From Candidatus Latescibacterota bacterium (GTDB lineage Bacteria; Latescibacterota; UBA2968; GCA-2709665), in NCBI GenBank assembly GCA_963662665.2, contig CAXXJS010000037.1:47860-111859 (forward strand): DNA of 64,000 nucleotides. Direction: 5' to 3'. The position numbers and the translations under genes were made by a program. Each line of letters opens with the position of its first letter. Position 1 is the stretch's first letter. A model generated the notes under the pieces. It saw only the letters and a program-made list of their open reading frames with translations, had not been told where the DNA came from and made no database searches. Positions 49,381 through 59,631 of this stretch are shown here, in pieces.

Positions 49381-49427
49381 ACGATGTGGTTGATCTGCTT
49401 TCGGATGCGGGTTTGATTCTGGCCGCC
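49357..49427 (+). repeat. Degenerate ~70-nt copy of the tmRNA 3' end (att-site scar 2)
   Basis: Aligns to 45107-45176 with 8 substitutions and 1 insertion by manual count. Confidence 0.85.
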
Positions 49428-49595
49428 GCGACAGTTCTTTTTCAATGAATGATTAAAATAAGGGAACGTATCTTTTCATCAATCACATAACGTAACGAAT
49501 GAAACGTGTTTTCTTCAATTCGAAACTGTGTCTCAAATTGCAATCTGCCGTACGACGTGTCATCTTTCTATTAATCGGTAATTCTTGGCAAATGG

Positions 49596-49621
49596 GTGTC
49601 CACCAAATCGAACCAGCTCCA
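49596..49621. mobile_element. Orphan IS3-family-like terminal inverted repeat
   Basis: gtgtccaccaaatcgaaccagctcca resembles IS3-type ends (TGTCC...CA terminus); no transposase nearby. Confidence 0.4.
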
Positions 49622-49657
49622 CAACTGCCGCATAGACTGAGCCCTACGGAGAGACAC

Positions 49658-50333
49658 ATGACCGCAGACAACAAACCTTCCATCAGACTCACGGATGACG
49701 ACTCCGGCAAGCGGAAAATCCGACTCTGGAACTTTCCTGAACTTGACAAGGCAATGGGACGTCTTGAATGCTTTCTGTCGATGTTTTGTTCAATCAGACC
49801 GCCTAACAAGCATCATCAGATGCACCCTTGCGAGTGAGCAGCATCACGGTCGTGACTCCACGGCCTGCGGACGCGATCACATCTCGATGGTCTGGTTCAC
49901 TACCGGTACGCTTCGTGAGTTAGCCCGTGCGATTCGAGACGCTCGCGCTGCCCTCGCCAAGCGCGGATGGCTTGAGCCGGAGAGCGAACATTGGGTTGCT
50001 CTTCGGAAGATAGAAGACCGCTGGGAGAAGGACGAGTTCTTCAGGAAGATGCGAAATGTCGCAGCCTTCCACGTTGACACGGAGATCATTGACAAAGGGT
50101 TGAACGAACTCGTCAATTACAACGTAATCGATGTCGTGGAGGTTCAGGGTGAAAAGGACATTGACAGCACTCTATCGCTTGGTGCTATAGTCCTTTTCAA
50201 TGGGTTGGGAATGAGCCTCGATGAATATGGGGCCTTTGTCGCGAAGGTAACTGACGATAACGTTGCTGTGTCCAAACCAATTCAGACTGCGTTTCTCCGC
50301 GCTGCGGAAGCGGCTGGCGTGTTGTACGAGTGA
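49658..50333 (+). pseudogene. Putative HEPN-like protein with a frameshift near 49755-49765
   Basis: GGAGAG RBS, MTADNKPSI...ELDKAMGR, then continues in another frame DVLNAFCRCF...KMRNVAAFH (R-N-x4-H). Confidence 0.55.
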
Positions 50334-50602
50334 AGTTCGACGAGCCGATCGCCTCCTCCACTCTGGCTACGCGCTGTTAGTGTTCTGCCCGTGGCGAGGC
50401 TGCGCGAACGCGGCAGGTACCAACGTGGATTAGCTGCAAAAACCCCTCCGCTGCCAAGATTGGTTCGGAGCGAGTGGGAACAGAGTTTCGAATATAGCGG
50501 GACCATACCCGGATGTCGGTGTATCGGTCGGTCCTGACAGCGTAAGAGAAGGCATCAGACATCGAACAGACCGCAATTGTCCTCGACAGCGTGGAATAAT
50601 TC

Positions 50603-51337
50603 ATGAGTGAATGCAACCCCAATCGAGCAACGCTTGACCAGAGCACGCGCAAAAACGGTTGGGGGATGCCGGCCGGGCTGTTTACGGCGCTGGTGATCGC
50701 GCTGCTGACGCTTCTCGGCATTGGTACTCGCTACTACCTCCGGTGTGATTTTAGCGTCATCCATTGTCTGCTGAGTCTGTTTTTCGCGAGCAATCTGCTG
50801 ATTTGCTATTGGGAGATCTGTCTATTCCTGAGGCGTGAGGACATTGAAACGCGCGCCGGGTATTGGCGCAGCCGGCAGCGTGAAACCGGCCGTACACCTG
50901 CAGTCGAGTTCCTCTGCGCCAAAGTGCCGCTGAGGCGAATACTGTCCCCTACGGTCTGGGCGGATGTCTGGGCCACGTATTCGCTATTCGATGGATCCTT
51001 TTCGGATCGTCGTACATGGGGTTTCAATGCCGATATCGCCAACGGTTTCGTGACGCCGGTTCCGACCCTTATCTTTTACGCGGCCTGTACAGTCGATTTC
51101 CTGCCGGCCGTCCTTACCGGCATTGTAGGGCTGGCGTTGTCCTGGCAGTGGATCTACGTGACGTCGGTCTACTGGGTCAGTTTCTTTATGGCCAGGCGGC
51201 AGCGTCATATCACCCGGGGCGAGCTGTACGCCTGCATCGGCGCGTTGAATGCCCCATGGGTGCTGTTCGCGTTGCTGGGAGTGTACGTGTCCGTTCGCCT
51301 GATTCTGGACGCAAATTACAGCGTTCTGGCTTTTTGA
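50603..51337 (+). CDS. Multi-pass membrane protein, EXPERA/emopamil-binding-like
   Basis: About 5 TM segments; CYWEI, VWATYSLFDGSF, YWVSF, LNAPW pattern resembles the EBP/TM6SF EXPERA domain. Confidence 0.6.
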   Translation: MSECNPNRATLDQSTRKNGWGMPAGLFTALVIALLTLLGIGTRYYLRCDFSVIHCLLSLFFASNLLICYWEICLFLRREDIETRAGYWRSRQRETGRTPAVEFLCAKVPLRRILSPTVWADVWATYSLFDGSFSDRRTWGFNADIANGFVTPVPTLIFYAACTVDFLPAVLTGIVGLALSWQWIYVTSVYWVSFFMARRQRHITRGELYACIGALNAPWVLFALLGVYVSVRLILDANYSVLAF

Positions 51338-51384
51338 TCACCGGTTTTCGCCGTGGATCGAAACATATCAGTCTCATGGGGAAA

Positions 51385-51418
51385 GAGTCCGGACGAAGTG
51401 ATTTCCGGGCTTTTTTTT
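51385..51418 (+). terminator. Intrinsic terminator
   Basis: gagtccgga ... tccgggctt + T run. Confidence 0.65.
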
Positions 51419-51561
51419 GAACTCATCGTGTCTGGCCTGTGTCTTTAGGGAGGGACGGGCGTGGCGGACGGCAGAGCCCGTGGGTTCCCGGTTACGCAGG
51501 TCTTCTAGCTTGTTCCGTGATTCTGTGTTTGGCGGTCTCCTTCGCTTGTTAGGGTCTACGT

Positions 51562-54003
51562 ATGAAGCCAGTCATGACGTCGCTGCCCGCGTTCGCCGTC
51601 GTTGTTGTCCTGTGTACAACCAATGCGCCGTTGGATGCTTTGTCCAAAGAATATTCCGGCCGAGTGGATTCCCTTTACCAGGTGGGAATGCGCCTGGCGG
51701 AAAGGGACTCATTGGCCGCAGCGACGAGGCAATTTGAGGATGCGTTAAAGTTGGACGGGAATCACGCGCCTTCGTACGTGGCATTAGGTCATGTCCACCT
51801 GAAGAGCGGCAATCTGAAGCAGGCTGAGAAGGCTTTTCGCCAGGCTCTTCGAAAGCGGAAGAACTACGCGCCCGCTCTGAACGGGTTGGGTCTGGTGTTT
51901 CGCAACACCGACAAGATGCTGGATTGGGCAATCAAGTATTTTCGGAGCGCGTACCAGGCGGACCGCGGCTATATCGAAGCTTATATAAGCCTCGCGGAGG
52001 TGTACCGGGAGATCGGCGACACGAAAGAATTGGACACTTACGAGAAACTCGTGAAGGTCGATCCCGATCATCCAGATGCCTGGTTCCAGATTGGGAGGAT
52101 CTATACGCATGGCGAGGCCGGTCGTTATAGGAATGCTCGAAGGGCGGAGGAAGCATACAGGCGGCAGCTTGAGGTGTATCCACAACATTTCGGTGCACGA
52201 ACGTATCTCGGGCAGATAATGAAAGAATCCGGAAGGACGGATGAAGCGTTGGATATGCTCAAAACCGTTGTAGGTACACCGAATGTCTATCAGCGGCGCG
52301 CACTTCTGGAACTGGCGGAGGTACATCAGACCGCCAGGGATCATGATTTCGCGGACGCGCCGCTGGACGCGTACGTGGAGGGTCTGGAACCGGAGGAACG
52401 GTCAGTCTACTATGATTTGAGCCTGGTGGCAATCGGGGAAGAATTGACGCGTTTTCAGGCGGCGCCCGAAGAGGAGCGGAAGGCGTTGTCTGAGGCGTTC
52501 TGGGCTGGGCGGGACCCTGCCCCCGCGACCGTGTCCAATGAACGGTGGATAGAGCACTGCCGGCGTGTGGCGTATGCCCGTGAGCATTTTGGAGAACACG
52601 AGTTTCCCTGGGACGCGCGTGGAGAGGTATATGTGCGTTACGGAAGGCCGGATCATATCAGCTCATCCGAAGACATCCGATTTGAGACCCATTCAGGTGT
52701 CCTGGCTGTGAAGGACCGATTGATGAACCAGGCGGGTGAAGCCTTGCCACACCTTTTATTGAGTCGGCGTATGATTAACTTTTATGGCTCTGGGAAAGAA
52801 AAGGGCATGGATGACGAGCAGACGTTATCCACGATTTTGGGTTATCCGGTATACCCTGTGCGAGGCGTTTGGGAATACTGGATTTACACAAATGTCGGTC
52901 GCGGCGTGGAAGTGACGTTCGCACAGGAATACACGCCAGGCCCATACAAGTACGCGGAGATGCCGCATGCGGGCGCCGATGTCTGGGTGGATGAGATCAC
53001 AGGCCGACATCCCGTTAAGAACCGGGCACTTCCCACCCACGACGAACCAGGGGGTAACAAACCTCGGACTGCTATTCAGTTCAGGTCGAATCTGATCTGG
53101 CAACATTTGAATCCCGGTATCGTGATGCATCGCGTCGCGCGCAAAACGCCGGAGATCTATGTGCAGGATTTCGCCACCGCACCCCTTGATTTCTTCTATG
53201 ACTCAGCCCGATTCAAGGCAGACGAAGATTCGGTTAGACTGGAGGTGTATTATGGTATACCCACTGGAGACCTCGACTACGTAGAGGGTGCAGACGGAAG
53301 GCCGACAGCATATGTGAAACGGGGCCTGGCGTTGTACGACGAGGAAAACAGGCCGGTGTATCGGTCGAGCGAGGATATGGAGTTGTACACGTCGGAACCG
53401 GTGGATACCACCCAACTCGCATTTGTTCCGGAGATGGACCGGATTTCGGTAGCGCCAGGCACCTATCGGCTGTCTGTGCAGATTCTGGACACGTCTTCTG
53501 ACAAGTCCCAGGTGTACAACCGCGAGGTGGTCCTCTCTCCTTTTGGTCGTGACTCATTGAGGCTGAGTGATATCGAAATGGCGGCGTTGATTCGCCCCAG
53601 CCGGGGCAGCAAATTCACGAAAGGGAAGATCGAGGTGGTGCCCAATCCGAGTCTGTTCTATTTGCCGGGACAGCCGGTGTTCGTCTATTACGAGGTATAC
53701 AACCTGAAGAAAGATGAATTCGGTGCGACAGATTACCGGGTATCGTACGAACTGCATTCGCTAAATAAGGGAAATATCGCGGTAAGGACGTTGAAGGCGC
53801 TTGGGAGGTTGGTCGGCATCGATCATAAGGCGGAGGTTGTCACCGTGGAATATGCACACGAAGGCGACAGATCGGACGAGTACGGATACCTGGAACTGGA
53901 TATGTCGAATACGGATCCGGGGCACCAGTTGTTGATCGTCAAGGCTTCGGATGAGAATGCAGATAGCCGCGCAACGTCGGCCGTATCGTTTGCTATTCGA
54001 TAA
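51562..54003 (+). CDS. Secreted TPR + GWxTD-domain protein
   Basis: Signal peptide, TPRs, FWAGRDPAPATVSNERWIEHCRRVAYA...PWDARGEVYVRYGRPD, WEYWIY, Ig-like C-terminal domains. Confidence 0.88.
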   Translation: MKPVMTSLPAFAVVVVLCTTNAPLDALSKEYSGRVDSLYQVGMRLAERDSLAAATRQFEDALKLDGNHAPSYVALGHVHLKSGNLKQAEKAFRQALRKRKNYAPALNGLGLVFRNTDKMLDWAIKYFRSAYQADRGYIEAYISLAEVYREIGDTKELDTYEKLVKVDPDHPDAWFQIGRIYTHGEAGRYRNARRAEEAYRRQLEVYPQHFGARTYLGQIMKESGRTDEALDMLKTVVGTPNVYQRRALLELAEVHQTARDHDFADAPLDAYVEGLEPEERSVYYDLSLVAIGEELTRFQAAPEEERKALSEAFWAGRDPAPATVSNERWIEHCRRVAYAREHFGEHEFPWDARGEVYVRYGRPDHISSSEDIRFETHSGVLAVKDRLMNQAGEALPHLLLSRRMINFYGSGKEKGMDDEQTLSTILGYPVYPVRGVWEYWIYTNVGRGVEVTFAQEYTPGPYKYAEMPHAGADVWVDEITGRHPVKNRALPTHDEPGGNKPRTAIQFRSNLIWQHLNPGIVMHRVARKTPEIYVQDFATAPLDFFYDSARFKADEDSVRLEVYYGIPTGDLDYVEGADGRPTAYVKRGLALYDEENRPVYRSSEDMELYTSEPVDTTQLAFVPEMDRISVAPGTYRLSVQILDTSSDKSQVYNREVVLSPFGRDSLRLSDIEMAALIRPSRGSKFTKGKIEVVPNPSLFYLPGQPVFVYYEVYNLKKDEFGATDYRVSYELHSLNKGNIAVRTLKALGRLVGIDHKAEVVTVEYAHEGDRSDEYGYLELDMSNTDPGHQLLIVKASDENADSRATSAVSFAIR

Positions 54004-54043
54004 AACACTCTGTCAGGCATATTGAAGCATCAGAAATTAGAAG

Positions 54044-54196
54044 CGGTATGAGGGGAGCCGAGAAGATGACTATACCCATCTACAGATCGATCTAGGCCAC
54101 GTGCCCGCCGGCGTGCATCGTTTATCGGTTAGGGTCAGAGATGTGCATAACGACCACGTGGTGTCACGCGATATGTTGTTCCGTGTGATTGATTGA
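54044..54196 (+). pseudogene. Orphan C-terminal 50 aa of another GWxTD-family paralogue
   Basis: RYEGSREDDYTHLQIDLGHVPAGVHRLSVRVRDVHNDHVVSRDMLFRVID* aligns with the C-termini of both neighbouring GWxTD proteins; no start codon, in-frame TAG at 54038. Confidence 0.75.
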
Positions 54197-54284
54197 AATC
54201 CTGGCATCCGGAGAAGTCGCCACGACCGGATGTTGAACGAACATTGATGGATGTCGCAGTTCGAAATCAGACGAGGAACATAAC

Positions 54285-54593
54285 ATGCCAGCCAGATCTG
54301 CAACTATAAAATTTTTTGTCTTGAGCTTCTGCGCCTGCGGCGGAATTCCGCCTACACCCTCGGAACCACCCGCCGACCTGAACGGTTTCGAATTCGCCGG
54401 AACCATGACCACGACCCGTTTTTTTCACACGTCGACGTCGCTGAAAGACGGTCGCGTCCTGATCACGGGCGGTTTCGAAACGGACCGGCCGGGTCATTCA
54501 TCCCCTGAGTTCAAGCACGCAACAGCGGAGTTGTTCGATCCGGCAAAGGGGACGTCGTCGGTAACGGGAGACATGTCACGGTCCCTGACCTGA
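54285..54593 (+). pseudogene. Truncated Kelch/galactose-oxidase-repeat lipoprotein
   Basis: GAGGA RBS, lipobox FCAC, one Kelch blade (RFFHTSTSLKDGRVLITGG), stops at 102 aa versus 360 aa for the paralogue at 58324. Confidence 0.75.
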
Positions 54594-54753
54594 CGCCAAC
54601 CGGTTACAAAATTGATAATATGCCCCATTAGACATCCGCAATTCGCTTGCTCTGGAGCGAAAAATCGTATAACATGCTGGATCGGAATGGGGTACGGTGA
54701 AGAATGAGGTAGTACACTGAACGCGACCTTCCGGTTCGGATGAGGCGGATAAC

Positions 54754-57700
54754 ATGACACCAGTTGGCGAATTCGTGCTTGCGAAACAGCGGACGTTGAT
54801 TCTGTTTTCGGCTCTGACTATTTCCGCACTCTGTCCTGTTGAGGATCTCAATGCGGAAGTTCGTCAGACCGCGAGGTCTACAACCAGCGGAGGGCGTACC
54901 GCCTGGGCGATCGGGCTGGAAACCGGTTCCTCCGCCATTACCGAAATCTGGGTGGAAGCCAACGGTCGCCAGCCTCGCCATCTCGGCACCTTTCCCGGCC
55001 AGCCCGGACCCCTCGAGTGGATTGCGCGGGGGAAGCGCCTTCGCTATCGGGAAACGCCCTTAAGTGTCCCCCTGCATACGCTGACCATGCTCCCGAAGCG
55101 GTCCGTACCGCTGGTCCCACCCACTGTATGGGAAATCTCCATCCGCGATGGTTCCATCGTACGGTCGAAGGAGAAGGTTGACGGGAAACCGGAAACGCCG
55201 CCTTATACGGCGACGGGCGGCGCGCCAGGCCCGAGTCCGCCGGCTAAAGCGGTGCTGTGGGGCGTTGCGACCGCATTCAACGCCTCGGCACTGGCCTACA
55301 CGACCGTGCACCGGTGGGATTTCCGATCGACAGCAGACCGCTACCGCAAGGCCTCCCGAACGTGGAAGGCCCTGCCTTTGCGATTCAAAAAGCACGGGCT
55401 TTTCGAGGCGCCAATCCTTTCCTACGCAAAGGCCCTTGCTGCAACGGCCCCGAAAGCCACGGCGACGCCCGGCGCCCGGTGGGTCTGCCGGGACCATTTG
55501 ACCGTAATCGGTGACGCTCTCCATGCCTATGAACAGGCCCACGAAAACCAGCGGCCGACCGACCTGGTGACCCTCAAGAAGTGGATTGAAACCCATACGC
55601 TGACGCCGGCGGACTCGACAGTTCTGAAGACGCTGTTTCGCTCGGCGGTGGACCCTGAAAAAGGCCGCAAGATCAGCTACACGCACGGCTATCGCCCGGA
55701 AGCCGAAGGCGGCGAGGCCGTTGTCACCAGTTTCTTCCACGACGGTTACCTGGTTGAATCCGTCCGCAGCGGCGTGGGCTACCGTACGGTCGACCGGCGC
55801 GCGGGCAGGACGCAGGTCGACTCACTGCGCAACCTTGGCACTGAACTAACTGCAAATGATCCGCTCAGGGCAATCTCCACCCTGGAAATCCTGGCCGGCG
55901 TGGCTCAGGATTATGCACCTGGGCACAGCAGGCTCGGGTTTGCCTACCTGGAGGTCAGGAGGCTGGTCCGCGCCATCAAAGCCTTCGAACGCGCGATCGA
56001 ATGCGACCACAAGCTGGCCGAGGCCTACTACGGCCTGGGTCTCACCTTCCGGAAATGGCCCCGAGGATCGTACGACGCCATCCGCTATTTCCAGAAGGCC
56101 CTTCAGTACGACCGGTACCACGTGGATGCGCGATACAATATTGCCGAAATACGGCACGAACTGGACGAGCACGACGTACGTCGGGAAATAAAAAAAGTGC
56201 TGGCTATAGACTCCCGCTATTCCCCCGCCTATCTGCTGATGGGGAAGTGGGTTGAGGAATTCGAGAAAGACTACGAGAAAGCCGCGCTCTATTATGCTCA
56301 GTACATGGGCTTGCGGCCCGACGATCCGGAGGGGCGGAAGCGGCTGGGAGCGATCTACCTGCGAACGAAGAACTACGGCCGCATCCTGGAGGTATTGGAG
56401 GATTACGCCGTGCAGAATCCGGACGACGACGAGGTCTTGCCGATTCTCGCACAGGCCTGCATGAGACTGGAGGCCTACGACAGGGCCGCCGCCTATTTCA
56501 GAAACTATCTCGAGCGTGCCGATGAGGCCGAGCGGACCCACTATGAGGATATCCGGCTGGTCACCTCTGGCGACGTTCTCGTTGCATTTGACGAGACCTC
56601 GTCGCCAGACAGACGGGGATTCGTGGAAGCGTTCTGGGCGGAACAAGACCCGGATCTGACCACGGCCGCCAATGAACGCCGCCTGGAACACTATCGACGC
56701 GTGTGGTACGCCCTGCAGAATTTCTCGGAGGGAAAGCAGCCGTGGGACCAGCGCGGCGAAGTCTACATCCGGTTCGGCGAGCCCGATCACAGGTCCCGCT
56801 CTGACGACATGAATTTCCAGCAATCCCTTGCGGTTCAGCGCGTAAAGGAACGCCTTTCCAGGGCGCTGTACGGGACTGCCGTGCCGCCACACGTGTTGAT
56901 GAAGCCCTCAACCGACGTCGACGGCGTAGGGCACCTGTGGGGCGATGAACCTATCCGGTCCTCCAGTCCCGGCGCCACCTACGTCGGCCCGGTCTATCCG
57001 GTACGCAGCATGCGCGGCGGCGTGGGCGAGGCTCCGGGGTTTCGCGCGCAAGTCTACAACGGAGATACGGAGACGCAAGGGAATGACCCGTCATTTGCAG
57101 GGAACGCGCAGGGCAGCGGAAGATTAGGGGGATTCAGCCCGGTCACCGCCGCGGAGGACGCCTCAATGGTCCCATGGGAGACCTGGACCTACGTAAACGT
57201 AGGGGGCGGCATCGAGATGACCTTCACCGACGAATTCCACAACGGTACCTACAACTATGCGCCTGCACCTCTGGATGCCGGTATTCCCGTCCGCCAGCAG
57301 GCTATGTTGACCCGCTATAACCCCCGCAACGTGTACCGCATGGCCGTTGCCGCACAGCCGAATTACTACGTGCCACCGAAAAACACGTTGCCCATGGAAT
57401 TCTACTTCAACTCGGCCGATTTCAGGAGCGAAAGGGATTTCCAGACGGCGCTGGAAGTCTACGTGGGGATACCGCGTCACCAGGGTCACTATCTGAACGA
57501 TGGCAACCGGACGGAGATAAAGGTCGACAGGACCGTGGCGCTGCGGAATCCGACAACCGGAGCGGTCTACCGGAGCGAGGATAAGATACACTTCGCGGCG
57601 AAAGGGGACGTGACGGGGGAACGCAGCGCGTTCGTGCCGGACCTCGCGCGCATGGACGTGCCCCCCGGGCGCTATCGGATGGAAGTGAAAATAAAAGATA

Positions 57701-58209
57701 ACCTGTCCGTACAGCACGGGCGGTACCGGCAGGACGTTGAGATCGAGTCCTATGAAGGGAAGCGCCTGCAGGTGAGCGACCTGGAACTGGCATGGCGGAT
57801 ATCCAAGAGCAAGAACGAGGATAAATTCAACAAGGGCACGCTCTGGGTCATCCCGATGCCCACGAGGACCTACCGGGTTGGCCAGAACGTATTCGTCTAT
57901 TACGAAATCTACAACCTGACAATGGACGAGTTCGGGCAGGCGAACTATCAGGTATCCTACACCGTCACGAAGGAGGACAACCTCAGCGCCCTGGGTATCA
58001 TCACCAGCCTTATAAGGTGGAAGAAGGGCAAACGTGAAGAACTGGCAGTTACGTACGAGATGGAAGGTGAGGACGCCACGGAAATCGAATACGTGGAACT
58101 CAAACTGGAAAACCGCCCCGCCGGTAAATACTTCCTGAACGTCACCGTTATCGATATGAAAAGCGGTGAAATGGCTCAGAAAAAGGCCAGCTTTATCCTC
58201 GCGCAGTAG
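54754..58209 (+). CDS. Secreted TPR + GWxTD-domain protein with a long N-terminal extension
   Basis: Signal peptide; TPRs; FWAEQDPDLTTAANERRLEHYRRVWYA...PWDQRGEVYIRFGEPD; WETWTY; Ig-like C-terminus. Confidence 0.88.
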   Translation: MTPVGEFVLAKQRTLILFSALTISALCPVEDLNAEVRQTARSTTSGGRTAWAIGLETGSSAITEIWVEANGRQPRHLGTFPGQPGPLEWIARGKRLRYRETPLSVPLHTLTMLPKRSVPLVPPTVWEISIRDGSIVRSKEKVDGKPETPPYTATGGAPGPSPPAKAVLWGVATAFNASALAYTTVHRWDFRSTADRYRKASRTWKALPLRFKKHGLFEAPILSYAKALAATAPKATATPGARWVCRDHLTVIGDALHAYEQAHENQRPTDLVTLKKWIETHTLTPADSTVLKTLFRSAVDPEKGRKISYTHGYRPEAEGGEAVVTSFFHDGYLVESVRSGVGYRTVDRRAGRTQVDSLRNLGTELTANDPLRAISTLEILAGVAQDYAPGHSRLGFAYLEVRRLVRAIKAFERAIECDHKLAEAYYGLGLTFRKWPRGSYDAIRYFQKALQYDRYHVDARYNIAEIRHELDEHDVRREIKKVLAIDSRYSPAYLLMGKWVEEFEKDYEKAALYYAQYMGLRPDDPEGRKRLGAIYLRTKNYGRILEVLEDYAVQNPDDDEVLPILAQACMRLEAYDRAAAYFRNYLERADEAERTHYEDIRLVTSGDVLVAFDETSSPDRRGFVEAFWAEQDPDLTTAANERRLEHYRRVWYALQNFSEGKQPWDQRGEVYIRFGEPDHRSRSDDMNFQQSLAVQRVKERLSRALYGTAVPPHVLMKPSTDVDGVGHLWGDEPIRSSSPGATYVGPVYPVRSMRGGVGEAPGFRAQVYNGDTETQGNDPSFAGNAQGSGRLGGFSPVTAAEDASMVPWETWTYVNVGGGIEMTFTDEFHNGTYNYAPAPLDAGIPVRQQAMLTRYNPRNVYRMAVAAQPNYYVPPKNTLPMEFYFNSADFRSERDFQTALEVYVGIPRHQGHYLNDGNRTEIKVDRTVALRNPTTGAVYRSEDKIHFAAKGDVTGERSAFVPDLARMDVPPGRYRMEVKIKDNLSVQHGRYRQDVEIESYEGKRLQVSDLELAWRISKSKNEDKFNKGTLWVIPMPTRTYRVGQNVFVYYEIYNLTMDEFGQANYQVSYTVTKEDNLSALGIITSLIRWKKGKREELAVTYEMEGEDATEIEYVELKLENRPAGKYFLNVTVIDMKSGEMAQKKASFILAQ

Positions 58210-58323
58210 TGTTTCGCCCCGGACGGCGTCCGGATACCGTCGCCGGCGCACGTCCAGTTTTCCGCCCCCTCTCCCCTGGGAGAGGCCGGGGGGAGAGGTA
58301 GTGACGCCGGGAAAGGACAACAT

Positions 58324-59406
58324 ATGTCCGTCAGGATGATTTCCGCACTGGCAATTGTCACCACGATTATAGGGTGCGGGAAAGGCGTACCGACGTCACC
58401 TGAGCCTTCTAGCGAAATGAGGGGTTTTGAGGTCGCCGGAAGGATGACGGAAAGGCGGTTCCTGCACGCGGCTGTATTGTTGCAGGACGGCAAGGTTCTG
58501 ATTGCCGGGGGCGCCGCAACGGAGAGCCCGGGCTATGTGCCTTCGTCCATGTTTCGTGCGAGTACGGAAGTATTCGATCCCGGCACAGGGGCCTCAAGCA
58601 GCAGGGGCGACATGTCGGGCGCCCGAACGGGCGACGCGGGAATACTGCTGGCGGACGGCAAGGTGCTGATTGCGGGCGCTTACCAGGCCCCGCTGGAGTT
58701 CTTCAATCCGAATACCGGGCGATTTACGCCCGCACCCTTCGATCCTGCGTACGCAAGAATTTCGTCGATGACGTTACTGTCCAATGGGAAGATCCTTACA
58801 TACTACTCGTTGGGCGTTGCCACCTACGACTCAGACGCGGGGAAATTCACGTCACTTCCCGGGACGGTCGTGATTCGCGCGGGGCATACGGCGACCCTGC
58901 TACGGGACGGACGGGTACTCATCGTGGGCGGCGAAAATGCAGAGGGTATGGTTAATACATCCGAAATCTACGATCCGCCGTCCAATACGTTTACCCGCAC
59001 AGGCGACCTGAGATACGAACGGAGAGAACACAGAGCAATTCTCCTTCAGGACGGCACGGTGTTGGTCATTGGCGGGAACACCGGCGACGAGGGGTCTGAA
59101 GCGTCGGTTACGGCCGCCGAGCGATATGATCCCGCGACGGGGACGTTTTCATCGGAAGGGGATCCCGGAATCGAACCGATTAACGCGGCCGCGTTGTTGC
59201 CATCGGGCGAAGTGTTTATCATTGGACATAGCGGCGAGGTCATTCTTTACGATCCCGCCACTGGCGCGTTCGGTCCTACAGGGGACAGCATTGGCGAGAA
59301 TCGCGCGTTATACACGACAACGCTCCTTCGAGACGGCCGTGTGCTGATTGTTGGCGGCCTGAAGGACCTTGAGGCAACGGATCATATCCTGATTTACAAC
59401 CCCTAG
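58324..59406 (+). CDS. Kelch/galactose-oxidase-repeat beta-propeller lipoprotein
   Basis: Lipobox IIGC; repeats RFLHAAVLLQDGKVLIAGG, RAGHTATLLRDGRVLIVGG, RREHRAILLQDGTVLVIGG. Confidence 0.9.
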   Translation: MSVRMISALAIVTTIIGCGKGVPTSPEPSSEMRGFEVAGRMTERRFLHAAVLLQDGKVLIAGGAATESPGYVPSSMFRASTEVFDPGTGASSSRGDMSGARTGDAGILLADGKVLIAGAYQAPLEFFNPNTGRFTPAPFDPAYARISSMTLLSNGKILTYYSLGVATYDSDAGKFTSLPGTVVIRAGHTATLLRDGRVLIVGGENAEGMVNTSEIYDPPSNTFTRTGDLRYERREHRAILLQDGTVLVIGGNTGDEGSEASVTAAERYDPATGTFSSEGDPGIEPINAAALLPSGEVFIIGHSGEVILYDPATGAFGPTGDSIGENRALYTTTLLRDGRVLIVGGLKDLEATDHILIYNP

Positions 59407-59631
59407 CGTCCTGGCGGGTCGCCTAAATGCGGGAAGACGGAAGAGGTGAGCCGGTAGATGAAATACCCTGGCGCCTTATGCGGCGCCAGGTCCAAAGAGG
59501 GATAGAGCCAAAACCCTGAGATTGACAAAACGCGTATCCACGCAACCGGTACTTTTTTTTACCCTTATCGCGATGACAAGAAAAACTATCGGGCATTCAT
59601 ATCCTCTCGCGTCTTACGACTCATCGCCTTC

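Noticed and set aside
50330-50400. Possible integron attC site after the HEPN-like gene
   Set aside because: A GTTAG is present but there is no matching inverse core (RYYYAAC) or paired L boxes, and no integrase.
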